DNA from: Rhizodiscina lignyota
Taxonomy: Eukaryota
DNA: 64,000 nucleotides
Reading direction: 5' to 3'
Assembly: GCA_010015805.1 (NCBI GenBank)
Contig: ML978138.1
Span: 62,001-126,000 of the forward strand
Positions within the stretch are counted from its first letter, which is position 1, and each line of letters opens with the position of its first letter. Position numbers and translations under genes: made by a program. The notes under the pieces were generated by a model that saw only the letters and a program-made list of their open reading frames with translations, did no database searches and was not told the DNA's origin. Below, piece by piece: positions 1 to 11,727 of the stretch.

Positions 1-1406
1 GTCACTGCTTGGTACGGAGATGAGCATGGGTCTCATCGCAGTCATCAATCTCCTCGGCTGCATTATCATCTCATTCATCTTTGGATGGAAGCTAAGCCTC
101 GTTGGTAACCTCACCGCTATGCCCGTTATTCTACTTGCTGGCTGGTATCGTCTAAAACTGGAAAAGCAATTTGCAAACATGAACTCCAAAGTGTTTGCTG
201 AGAGCAGTCAGTTTGGCACCGAGGCTATTGGTGCGTTTCGCACTGTTACGAGCTTGATAATGGAGGACATGGTGATTGACAGATATGCAAAACTCTTGCA
301 GACGCATATCGCAGCCGCAACCAAGAAGGCGCTCCCGAGCACCATCGTGTTTGCTACGAGCGACAGTGTCGACTTACTTTGCCAGGCCCTAGTGTTCTGG
401 TACGGTGGCCGATTCCTGGCAGATCGCGAATACACCATCACCCAATTCTTTGTTATTTACATGGCAGTCATACAAGGCAGTCAAGCTGCAGGTATGTGGT
501 TCAGCTTTGCGCCAAACCTGGCGGAGGCTACCAATGCGTCAAATCGGATCATTAGTATGAGGCCGCCAAAGAACGATGAGAGTCACACGACGAGACCCTT
601 CCAAGCCGATAAGGCGTCTTTGGGCATTGAGTTCAAGGACGTGAACTTTACGTACAAGAGCCGGTCCCTGCCGGTCTTTACAGAGCTCAACCTGAAGATT
701 GAGCCAGGACAATTTGCGGCCCTCGTTGGAGCTTCAGGGGCTGGAAAATCCACCATTGTCAGTTTGTTAGAGCGGTTCTACGATCCAGACTCGGGTGCCA
801 TCTTTTGCGGAGAACAGGACATCACCTCCGTGAGCGCAAAGACATACAGGAGCAATCTCTCGCTGGTTGCACAAGAGTCGACTCTGTACGAAGGGACAAT
901 TAGAGAGAATGTCGTGCTGAGTGTGGAAGAGGCGGATGCGACAGACGAGGCTGTAGAGCAGGCATGCAAGGACGCTCAGATTCACGATTTCATCTCTTCC
1001 CTACCCGACGGATACGCTACCATGCTTGGGCCAAAAGGAGTCCAGCTGAGTGGGGGCCAGCGACAGCGAGTAGCCCTTGCAAGAGCCCTTATTCGCAAAC
1101 CCAAGCTCCTTCTCTTGGATGAGGCGACGTCCAGTTTGGATTCAGAATCGGAAAAGCTAGTGCAGGAAGCAATTGAGCGTGCCGCTGGAGTACGGACCGT
1201 CGTCGCAGTCGCTCATCGACTCGCCACAATTCAGAAGGCCGACATTATCTTTGTAATTGGAAGCGAGAGGGTGCTGGAGCAAGGCACCCATCAGGATCTG
1301 CTGAAGAAGAGGGGCGTGTACTACCAAATGGTAGTTCCCCGCCAGACTTGACATCGTGCATTCTGCTAACTTTACTCAGTGCAAGGCGCAAGCCCTCGAT
1401 CAATGA
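1..1406 (+). CDS. ABCB (MDR-type) ABC transporter, C-terminal TMD2+NBD2, 5'-truncated by the window edge; last intron 1331-1379
   Basis: The frame is open from position 2. It has Walker A GASGAGKST, signature LSGGQ, Walker B LLLLDE and the AHRL H-loop. A GTAGTT donor at 1331, GCTAAC branch and CAG at 1379 give the typical end YYQM-CKAQALDQ* (stop at 1406). Confidence 0.95.
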
Positions 1407-2351
1407 CCATCGATATGTGACGATACCAATGCTGATCTACATCGCAAATTCCAGGAGAACTCCTCTCCTATGATACAACTCTTTTCTCAGCTCTAGCTGA
1501 AATGCATTCATGGCGCATCAACTGCCAGAATCAACATGTAATTCCCCCCTATACTGCTGTATATAAGCATAAACCAACCTCCTTTCTCCCTCCTAAGAGG
1601 GATGCATCTTTATCTCTCTCAACACAAACCATCTTTATCCTCATGACACCTTGCTTATCATGGCCAATACCTTGACCAGCGGAAATCGTTGGGGCTATGA
1701 AGCGAAGAAGGCCATATTGACAGCGATGGAGAGATTTCTACTCTGCATTCGTGACACTCGTGGATGGGATCTTCGGGGAATAGCTTAAGCCATTTAACAG
1801 TTGGACTCTCGAGGGAATTCAAAGGTTCCTCTTTATAATGCAATGCACGTGTAAAAATCGGCACTTCTTTGAAACTAGAAAGTACACCATGGCGTGGGAC
1901 AAATCTGTATGCACACGGGAGACATCGTAGTTGTGTTGTTCATATCATGGATTCATTTGCGGAACTTGGACTCATTGCAATCCAAATTGGGTAATAACCC
2001 CCGCAACCATTCAGCGTCACCTTTTCGACATCTTTGGCCTTGGAGAAATTCAAAAAGATTCGTCGGCGAAGATAGGATGAATTAAGAAGATGTCGGGGTA
2101 ATGTATCGGACAGAAACTTTCAAATATCAGTGCAATGATGTTGGAATCGCCCTGTTGAAATGGCCACCAGATTGTGATATCGGAGCAATGATTAGGAATG
2201 TCTTACATGAGCATATCACGATGCACTACCTCAGATACATTGAACTCATAAATGCGTCTCGGAAACTTACATGTAACAAGTGTATGACGAATTTCCCCGC
2301 TTGATGAACCTGGACTCAACTCTCTACTTCTCGCTTTCCCAACCTTTCAAC

Positions 2352-3344
2352 ATGGCAAATAGAGCAACATCACAAGAAAAGATGACTACGAAAGCAAACG
2401 CTAAAAATACAATCATATTCTGCTGTCTTCTATCTCACGAGATTGTATCCTTCCTCATTGAAACTCTCCGGAAGCGATCATACCATGTATCGCTCCTCGT
2501 AACATGTCCGATGGCATTCAACTACGCCATGAACACTAACGCAATCATGGACATGGGCAAGACCATTGGTGAAGTAGTCGACAAGGTATTCGATCCGCCA
2601 CCAATCTTATCTGTGACATCAACGCGCCAAGTCGAGAAGATCTATGCGGCGCTTGATCCGGACCTGGCGTTGAGCTACTTTTTCGCATATCCGATATCAA
2701 AGAAGATGCTCGCACAGAGAGCACCAATTGTGAATCTCCATCCGGGGAAGCTTCCCAAAGAGCGCGGTCCATTTCCTGGGCTATGGCCAGCTCTACAGCC
2801 TGAGAAGTACACCATGGACGATTTTGCAGCAACATTCCACTACATGAGCGAAGGAGTAGATTGTGGGCCCATCATCAAGGAGATACCTCTCAAACACAGC
2901 TATCCTGCTCGGACAACTGTTGCGACTAGGCTAACTGGCTTATTTGAAGTGGCGAACAATGCATTCTTCGCACATTTGGACGAAGTTCTCGAACTCGTCG
3001 AGAAGGGATACAAGGGCGTGGCTCAACCGCCAGTGGCTGCCGGGGCACCAGCTGGATACGGCGCTCGGAGTCTCACTGATGAAGAGAGGACAATTAAGAC
3101 AGACATGACCAAAGATGAAGTACTTCATCTTCTGAAGGGCATTGTAGAAACGGAAGGGCTCACACCGGCGCTGTTCTGGTGGCAAGGTCGCAGATATACA
3201 GTTGAGCGAGCCGCGGAATGGTCACCATTTCCAGGCTGTAAGGAAGGAGATACGGTTGAAGTTGGTACAGTCAAGAGAGTCGGCTTCGCCCTTGTCGTAA
3301 AGTTCGAGGGTGGAGCTCTTCGATTCGCTGTAAGGACAAGATAA
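2352..3344 (+). CDS. Stand-alone 10-formyl-THF-dependent formyltransferase (FMT/GART-like fold), intronless
   Basis: VNLHPGKLPKERGPFP and TFHYMSEGVDCGPII match the formyltransferase N-x-H-P...LP..RG and H...G.D.G motifs. The start is uncertain (ATG at 2352 or about 2382). Confidence 0.8.
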   Translation: MANRATSQEKMTTKANAKNTIIFCCLLSHEIVSFLIETLRKRSYHVSLLVTCPMAFNYAMNTNAIMDMGKTIGEVVDKVFDPPPILSVTSTRQVEKIYAALDPDLALSYFFAYPISKKMLAQRAPIVNLHPGKLPKERGPFPGLWPALQPEKYTMDDFAATFHYMSEGVDCGPIIKEIPLKHSYPARTTVATRLTGLFEVANNAFFAHLDEVLELVEKGYKGVAQPPVAAGAPAGYGARSLTDEERTIKTDMTKDEVLHLLKGIVETEGLTPALFWWQGRRYTVERAAEWSPFPGCKEGDTVEVGTVKRVGFALVVKFEGGALRFAVRTR

Positions 3345-3872
3345 GATGATTTCACATTTTCAGATCACGACTCGAAAAAACTTCCCAGACCCCACGCCTC
3401 GAGTGAAGCATCAACTACGCATTGATTTCATCAAACCTTCCAAGCCTCCGATTCAGCTTCACTCACGAGCTTATCAGCTGAAATACCCGTCTTGTAGTCT
3501 TTCCTTAGCTTTTTGAGCCTCAGTTGCATCTCCGGCGGGGTGCCCTTAAAACTCCACGGATTGTTTTCCCATTTTCCATTTCCCAAGGATGCTTCAAACA
3601 CTACAGGCATATACCAGCGGTCTTTAGTGAACTTCTCTCAAGCTCATATTCTCCAGTTTCTCAAATGTTGATAGAATGTTAAGTCCTCAAGGCGATGGAC
3701 CGATCCTGATCCCCACCGGGAGTCATGAATGTCCGCCAAATTCTTGGCTTGTCATTTGGTCACAGGAAGACTGATGAATTGCGAATCGAGGCGGGAAGCA
3801 TGAAGTGAGTAAAAAATTCGTTGATTACTCTATGGAGGAAGCAACTTTGATGAATCAAGGTGCCCCACTGAT

Positions 3873-5997
3873 CTATTTGGCCGATGTCATTCCCGCCATG
3901 CGAGGTAATGAGGCCCGGCGATGATTTGATTGAATACTCCTCTTGCTGTTCGACGATGAATCGGATGAATCAGTGGCATTGAAGGGGCAATCCTTCGTCT
4001 GGAAGCAACTGCGATCGAACACTGCATTTGTGGAGCCGCTATTCGCCGTCAAGTTTGCGAATCCGGTGTTGTAAAGTTGGCAGGTCGATGTCGAGTCCGT
4101 CCAGGCGAATGACGCGCAATTAGCATCTGTCATGCAAGACTGTGCGCAAACGGTGCGGCTGTCAACGACATTTGAATCTCCTTCTTCGTATCCAGTCACA
4201 ATGGTGTCCAATGGCATATTGCAGTTGACGCCCTGTCCGACAATGGGAGAAGCGCGAACAGGCTCACTGCAAGCTGGCTGCGTGTATCCGAAGCAGCCTT
4301 GTGCGAGGGGATACGACCAATCGTATAGAGTGTAGTCCCAGGGATCGGACGGATCAGCCTCGGCTTCGATTTCGAGCAAGTTCTCGAAAGTGAGTTGCCA
4401 TGCGACGCCGTAACAGCCGTCATTGAGATCCAGGCCGTTGTTGTCGTCTGCAATAGTTGTACCGTCCACCGTGTTGTATGTGTTATCGTTAATATAAGAC
4501 AAAGAAATAGAGGCTTCGGCATTAATCGAAGGTACATCCTTGAGCTCGAGGTCGGCTGTCCAAAGCCCGTCGAGGACGTCAATCCCGACGCCGATTGCCA
4601 AGGGTAAGCCGAGGGATACACTAACACTGATTTCACCATTCGCCTCGAATTTTTCAGTGAGCTGGGGCTCAAAACCGGATTGGAAAGAGCTTTCGGGATT
4701 AAGAAGATCGAGCGTTGCGCTGAAACCGGGCCAATCGAGTGCACCGCCAACGAGAAGAGTGCCTTCTGCTTTGGCGTCAAACTCTGCTTGTAGGTCCAAC
4801 TCGATGTAAGGTCCGATGTTGATGATCAATGGGATTTCCCATCCAAGGAGGCTACATAGCATGTTAGCAGCGGGTTCTGAGCTGGAACCGAGTCAAATGT
4901 ACTTACTTGGGCTTTGACAACTCTTTCGTAATTTTATTGTCGTACTCCACGGAGGCTTCGAGGCCGAGGTAAAGACCGGCATGCAGGTTTCCATTCAAGT
5001 AAATCTGAGCCAGTGACACGTCGAGTTCCCAAACAGAGTAGTCAACTTCGCCGCCCAGTGTGAACTCTCCGTGGATGCCACAGTCCACGCAATACAGCTT
5101 CAGTGATTTCTCCACTGAAGCCTCTTCTCGTTTCACAAGGTTTGTGAGGGCACGCTTGTCCGTCGCCCCTGATTCCCCATCGTCAGCATTGTATTCCCAG
5201 AGGAGATAGGCATTGTCCCAAGGTGCATCGTCGTCGTCTTCTTGACTGGCGTTCGCTTCCGCATCTGACTCGTCCTCTCCGTTGGCCTCTTCTGCGGCAA
5301 TTTCGGGACTCAGGTTAAAAGAGATGGACTCAGAATCGCACCAATTATCGTCGCAGTCACGTGCGCGAAGTCGTCGTCCATCGGCATCTACAGTGGATCC
5401 TCCACCCCAGACAATGTTCGCAGTGTTGAGGGTGGAGTTCAGCCCCGTAAAGCCGCCTTGAGCGAGAACAGACAGGGAACCGTTGGTAAAGGCAGCGGAT
5501 GTGGCGACGAAGTAACCATTCTGATCATCCGGGCCACAGCCCTGTGTTGAGGTAATAAGCATGAATTTGGATTGCACCGGCCATGTACTCCTGGCGTGGC
5601 TGTAGCTATCAACGTCGGCGAATGTGGCGAGGACAGACTTGTCTGTGCACGAGACGCTGCCGACAAAGTCCGAGTGGTCCAGTGGAACTACTGGGTACTT
5701 GAACCCGAGTGCCACCTGAGCAGCGACTGCGGAACCATCTCTTTTACGAGATGAAGGAGTCGTTTGAAAGAACAAAGTGACATTCTTCGAAGGGTTGAGG
5801 ACTTGGAGGCTGCCGGTATCGACATTAGGAGGGACGACAGGGGCGAGGGTTTGAGTCGGGCCTGATGCAGTCGTGGCCGTCGAATTATCCGAAGATATGT
5901 CCTGTCGCCTTGAGAAGCTTGGTGCAGCTAGTGCTGTATTAGACATTAAGAGGCCGAGAAGGCCGGCAGCCTGGAGTTGGCCCCAGAACGGAACCAT
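3873..5997 (-). CDS. Secreted protein (about 690 aa) with acidic linker and C-terminal Cys-rich PAN/apple-like module; intron 4852-4906
   Basis: Signal-like start MVPFWGQLQAAGLLGLLMSNTALA and KR/RR sites. A GTAAGT..GCTAAC..TAG intron joins ORFs 4903-6027 and 3873-4862 in frame (KPN-LLGW). CAQSCMTDANCASFAW...CQLY is PAN-like. Confidence 0.85.
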
Positions 5998-6948
5998 TTT
6001 GGACAGGAAAAGAGCGTTGTGATGCAAAAATTATGTTAATGAAAGTAGAGAGTACATAGAGTGGTAGATATTATGGGTACAAATGAGGGTGTGATAGAAC
6101 AAAAAGAATGACTGTCGTGAAGAGCACAGGATTATCGAGTGGAAGAGAGCGAGGGAGGCACTCTTGAAGACATAAGAAAGTCCACAGCTTTTTGAATAGC
6201 AACGGCATCTCCGTGAAGTCGCGCTGCTATTGAAGTCAAGCTGCTATCGAAAAGCCGTCGTTCGATACTGAGTCAAGCGCCTTCTGCTCCAGACCGTCTG
6301 TGGCGTCTCGGTTCTGAGTGTCGTGCCGACAAGCATGTCCAGGAAAAGCAAGACGAGCCATGTGGAGGCTTGTTTGTTGTCTGTGCAGTGCCATGTGGAG
6401 AACAGGGAGACAGGAGAGCAGGTCGAATGAGGTTAGACGGCGCCCCTGTCGCCCGATTCGCTTGCGCCATCGGCGCGAAGCCGTCTTGGCAAATCTTAGC
6501 GAAATGCCAATTGCAAGAAGCCCATCTCTAGTCCTCTCTCCTGTCTTGTTGACACCACCTCTCGCGCCGGATCGTGAGATTCCCTGCTGTTAACCGAACT
6601 ATTGCCATGTTTCTGACGATGCCGGCGTCAAACGGAGTCGCCGCGAGGCGTAGGCCAGAACCACCGTACACCACAATATCAGCTCGCGTGCCCCTGGAGC
6701 TTCGACTAACGAATATACCATTGAGTCATGTAATAATGGCTTTGTTCGCCCTTTGTTGATGCCGAGCATTTGTGAGAATTGCATGTTTCGCTGCTACCGC
6801 TCCGGTCCATCATATACAATCCTTTAATCATCTCTTCCGGATTTTTATGTCTGCACTGTCCTGCCCTTCACTGCTCTTTCAGTAGACAACACATTCTTTG
6901 CAACACATTCTTTCTCGTCGCTCCTTGAATACTTTCACTCTTTACATA

Positions 6949-7952
6949 ATGTTTTATACTAATATCCTCACTGTCATCACGCTCCTTGCTGCCTCTGTCT
7001 CCGCCATTCCGGCAGATAGTCTTCAAAAGCGAGAAGACTGCACGTGCGACAAGCTACACACCACTCTTACGAATTCCAAGTACCGCACCGCTGCAAGTGC
7101 TTTCTGCTCTACGTACATCCAGCATACAGTCACAAGCACCTCTACCCATACCGTGTCTCACACGAGCACTGTCACTGTCAAGCCTTCTCCCAAGACCACA
7201 ACCAAGGTCGACACGATGTAAGTTCACTTCGGACGAGCGCTGTGACAGATTAAGGAGCTAACGCGCGGAATGCAGTACCTCGACGAAGGTCGCTTCTTCG
7301 ACATCATCGTACCTCGAGACGACTTCAAACACCATCTACAAGCGCGGCACCACTACGACAAAAAATATTGCCGGCTATCCTACTTTCATCGCTGCATCCT
7401 ATATTGCCAGTCATGTCTCTTCTGCCTGCTCTTGCTTGATCACACCCAGCAAGCTCAAGACCAGCACCGTCCACAGAACCATAACCAAAACGGCAACTGT
7501 GAAACACTCGGTATGTTTCGTTCGTCTTTGCTAATTTTATTCTCCATTCGACAAGCTGACCATTCGGGCAGACGACCCTGAAGCCTTCAACAGTAACAAA
7601 AACATCGAAAACGACAACTATCTTGCCCACAACCACCATAATATCATCCCCCAAAGACATCTACTGCAACGTCTACGGCACAACCAACGGCGCAAATCTC
7701 ATCACTGATGGATGGGACACTGTATCAACCCTACCTGACTGCCTGTCTTGGTGTACGGGTAGCGATGGCTGCGCGATGGTGCACTTTGGATGCGCGGACC
7801 AGTGCTACTGTGGGCTGTACAGCTCGAATGATTTGAGCCAGGAGTATTACATGGGTAGCTCGGATTACGGAAGTGCATATGCGCTTTGGGATGTGGAGTG
7901 CAGCCCTGCAAACGCGACTACATCTGCGAGTCCAGCGACGACAACAATATAA
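6949..7952 (+). CDS. Secreted Ser/Thr-rich protein with C-terminal Cys-rich PAN/apple-like module; exons 6949-7217, 7276-7510, 7572-7952
   Basis: Signal peptide MFYTNILTVITLLAASVSA, Kex2-like QKR, ASAFCSTY and SSACSCL motifs. Both introns (GTAAGT..CAG, GTATGT..CAG) keep the frame. The C-terminal module reads CLSWCTGSDGCAMVHF..CGLY. Confidence 0.85.
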
Positions 7953-8276
7953 GTTGAGTGTATGGTAAATAGACAAGGAAGGACGCACAGATTTCTGTTC
8001 AGAACGACGTCCTGCACATCTTCCACTGCGCTCTTCAATCAGCTAGCCATTGAACAATATGAAATGCAAAGCTGCCGCTGTCGAATGTTTGTCAATAGAG
8101 ACCAGTCTTTCAAGTAACTCTCAGTGTTGGTCTCTAGCTCCAAACCATCCGTTAATCCCGCTGGAAGTTCGAACATATTTATCGGTCATTGGGTTGAAGT
8201 GTCCCCGCCGTCAAAAAGAAGAAATCAACCCGTTGTATGAGACCTTGACTCCAAATGATGACAAGATCAGGCTTCA

Positions 8277-8295
8277 CAGCGTGGCGCTTCGACGC
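8277..8295 (+). repeat. Left terminal inverted repeat CAGCGTGGCGCTTCGACGC
   Basis: 18/19 match to the reverse complement of 11705-11723; starts with CAG as hAT ends commonly do. Confidence 0.9.
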
Positions 8296-9615
8296 ATCCA
8301 AACGCATCTAAACCGCGTCGGCGGGGGTCGCATCTAAATAGCGTCGGCTTATAAATCATCGAATTGCATCGAGATTAATATATATTGAATAGATTTGCTA
8401 CTGATAATAGATTTATATAGTGTTGAGCGCGCTTTGAGCGCGCTAGCGAGCGAAATTCGACGAAATTGCTGTAAATTCACTATAAATCTAAAAGTGAATA
8501 GTTAAGTTTAAATATTATAAATTAGATATTATCTATAGTAATTAGATAGTACGAATTTGCACTGATTAGTATATTAATCCAGGTTATCGCCGTTATCTTC
8601 GCCTTCGCCTTTAGTACTCTCTAATTCTTCTTCCTTCGGATACTAGTTCTTAAAAGGTTTAAGGCTAGCTTGCTCCTAACTTCGAAGGCATTCGATCGCC
8701 TTAACTATATATTGTTTAAGCTTAGATCTCGCCTTAGTTACTATTCTACTAGCTATACTAAAATAACGCTTAATATCTAATAACTATACTAGGATTCTAA
8801 GGTAGTTAACAGCTATTTTGTATAGGATCAGGTATTCGTCCTTATTAGATAGCTACTACTTAAGAATATTAATATTCTTTATAGGAATAAGGCGTTATTT
8901 ATAGCGTTCTAGCTCGCTATAAACGGTAGGTTAATTAGGCGTAAGTATATTAAGATTATCGTACTTTAGCTTAGTATATTTTATAAAGTAGTAACTCTTA
9001 CGCTACTATGTACCTATACTAGCTAGTACTAGAGGAAGTTATAAGTTATTAGTATCGTTAGATACTTAAGACTCTAGCCTAAATACTATATAGTACTTCG
9101 CGTACTCCTTATTAATAAGGCTTCTAATAGTAGTTATCTAGATACTCTTCTCCTTTTAGTACTATTTAAACTACTATATACTAAAGTAAGGGTCTAGGAA
9201 GGTAGTAAGGTAGTATACTAGTATTTAATTAGAGAGAGTATAGTACTTATTAAGTTTCTTTTATATTATCTCTACTACTTTTATAGCGAACTTAGAGCCT
9301 TTATCGCGCTATATCTACTCTTTCTTCTTCTTTAGTCTCTTAAGTATATACTCTATAGTTAGTAGCTACGCTACTAGGCTTATATTAGTATAATTTCCTT
9401 TAGTATATTTAGTAGCGAAGGTAAAGGGTTCTAAAAGGGTTTTAATAATAGTAAAGTCGTACTACTTATCTTATAAGAGTATATTAAGAGTGAGATTATA
9501 CTTATCTTACTTCTTAGACTTATCTTAAAGAGCGTACTAGTAGTAAATATCGATCGTATCGCGAAGTTTAAGGGCTATCTAAAATTAGTAAATAGTTAAA
9601 AAAGGCTTTCTATAC

Positions 9616-9679
9616 AAAGAACTAGCTCTAATATTTTACTATATAAATTTATATAGTAAAATATTAGAGCTAGTTCTTT
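9616..9679. repeat. Perfect 64-bp palindrome inside the transposon
   Basis: AAAGAACTAGCTCTAATATTTTACTATATAAA is followed directly by its exact reverse complement. Confidence 0.95.
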
Positions 9680-11704
9680 AGAGGGACTTTAGAGCGATAA
9701 AGATAAAAACTAATTAAAAAAAAGGGGTCGTTACAACTAATAGCAGCGTTAATATTAACTACTACAGGTAGTATTATATTAATTATATACTAGTAGCCTA
9801 GGAGATATATCTTAGGCTTACTATAAATTAAATATAAAAGCTTCCTATTATTATTATAGTACTATATTAATAAGAGTAATTAGAGGTAATAAATTATAGC
9901 TAGATTAGGCTTGTTTTATAGTAATATTATAGTAATATAAACCTAAAATATATAGTAACTTGTAAAGTAGTAATAAAAGCGAATTATAGAGTATAACTAA
10001 CCTCTTTTAAGTATTAAATACGTACTATTCTAGCGCGTAGCAACCTCTTTTACGACTATTAAAGTCTTATCTAGCTCTACTTCTTTCTCTAGCTAGAGGA
10101 AGGATTTAACGCGTTAACTAGAGGCTATAATATAAGTAAAGATATTTACTACCTTCCTAATCGTATAGAGTTTACGCCTAGCTATAAGGTATTTCGGCTT
10201 ATTAAAGAGTATATTTTACTATACCTATTCTACTAGCTTTTTTAGGTTATTATTATTAATCTCTTCTTAATCTTCCTTCTTATAATTTATAAACAAGCTA
10301 GCCTTAACTACTAGATTAATAATATAGCCTAAATAATATAGTCTCTTTATTATACAATCCCTTAGGCCTTTATAGCGCTTATAAAGCTCTTCTACAGCTA
10401 TATTATTATTACTAGCGTTATTAAGTATATAGTAGCTAAGTATACTAGAGATTCTATAGCGCTTTACGGTTTAGTTAATATACTTAGCGATATTCTCGCC
10501 TAAATACTAGCTAGGAACGTAAAGAAGGCTAATAAGGATACTACGCTATTCGTAGTAAGAAGTTATATAGTAAGTAATAATCCTATATAGAGAAAGGTAA
10601 TTTCTAGAGCTCTATATATTAAAAGCTAGTATAATAAGTCCTTTAGTACTATAGAGCTTAGTTCGAATAAAGCTAGTATATAATACTATAAATAGTAAGA
10701 TAAGCTACTTAGTAATAGTATAGTAGTAACTTAGTATAATCTAAAAGGTATTAAGATTCGTAAGATTTAGAATTAAATAATATAACTAGTATACTAATAC
10801 TCGAAATAAGATATAGTAGAGAATAACCTAGTAGTAGTAGTATATAATATATTACTACTAATTAACTTTAGGATAAGCTATATTAGTTACCTACTTTATT
10901 AGAGCGTTAATCTAGTATATACTTCTTAGGTAATATGCTAAATTCGTAGTACCTTAAAGTAAGAATTTAATAATATTATGTATTTTACGCTTAGGATTAT
11001 AATTAAAATAGTAAGGGTATATCTAGAATCTCTTATAAGATTTACCTAGTAGTAAAAAAGGATCTTAACGCTTTTTACTAATAATACCGTAGCTATAAAT
11101 CTATAAGCGCTACTAGCTACCTTTTACTCCTAGTAGTACTAAAGGAATAAGAATAAAATAGTTAAGGATCTTCTTATTAATTTATACGCTATAAAATAGT
11201 ATAGTCGTTTAAGTATCTACTAAGCTAGCTAGACGCTTAAAAAGTTACTACTTTAAATAACTCGCGTTAGGATTTAACGCTAGAGTTATATTAGTTTAGG
11301 CGCTTAAAAGCTCGCTAGTAGTAGTAATTAACGGTAGTATATTAAAATAATAGAAGTAAGAATAATAGATTAGTAAGAAAATAAAGAGATAATAAGGTAA
11401 AGAGTAAGGTAGTTACTATAAACGAGAGATCCTTTAGGGTACTAAACAAGATATCCGCCCGGAATAAAGTAAATCCAGCCTAAAACCCCCTCCCAAATAC
11501 TCACTAGACCTACCCCTCTAGTTCGGCTCTAGCATCTCCGACGCTATATCTCAGCTAAACAGCTTAGGCGAATAAATTAAAAGAATATACAAAGCGTTTA
11601 GATACATCTAGATATTATCTAAACGTCATTGAAAAGATCAGTCAGCTTCGATGCGAATAGATTCGATGCAAATGGTTCAATATCTGAAGTCTACTCCGAC
11701 CGTC

Positions 11705-11723
11705 GCGTCGGAGCGCCACGCTG
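11705..11723 (-). repeat. Right terminal inverted repeat (reverse complement CAGCGTGGCGCTCCGACGC)
   Basis: Inverted match to 8277-8295. Confidence 0.9.
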
Positions 11724-11727
11724 ACTC

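Larger units (their letters stand above)
8277..11723 (-). mobile_element. hAT-superfamily DNA transposon, inactivated by RIP (3447 bp)
   Basis: Very AT- and TpA-rich interior with no ORFs. Minus-strand relics of hAT motifs: LNNASNN (about 10385-10410, TDNA..N), RLYYLGYIINLVVKA (about 10300-10345, RC..H..NL), EVATR*NSTYLILKR (about 10003-10047, TRWNST) and a dimerisation domain AVNYLRILV*LLDIKRYFSIA...AIECLRS* (about 8675-8815). It is bounded by 19-bp TIRs. Confidence 0.92.

Noticed and set aside
1894..2085. ORF containing GDIVVVLF, reminiscent of HET-protein C-termini
   Set aside because: A single short motif with no other HET features nearby.
9716..9735. GGGGTCGTTACA as the end of an LTR retrotransposon
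   Set aside because: No matching second end, target duplication or retroelement coding relic was found; mentioned only as part of the intron finding.
8350..11630. AT-rich block as centromere, organellar insertion or foreign DNA
   Set aside because: Explained by a RIP-mutated hAT element with readable transposase motifs and TIRs.
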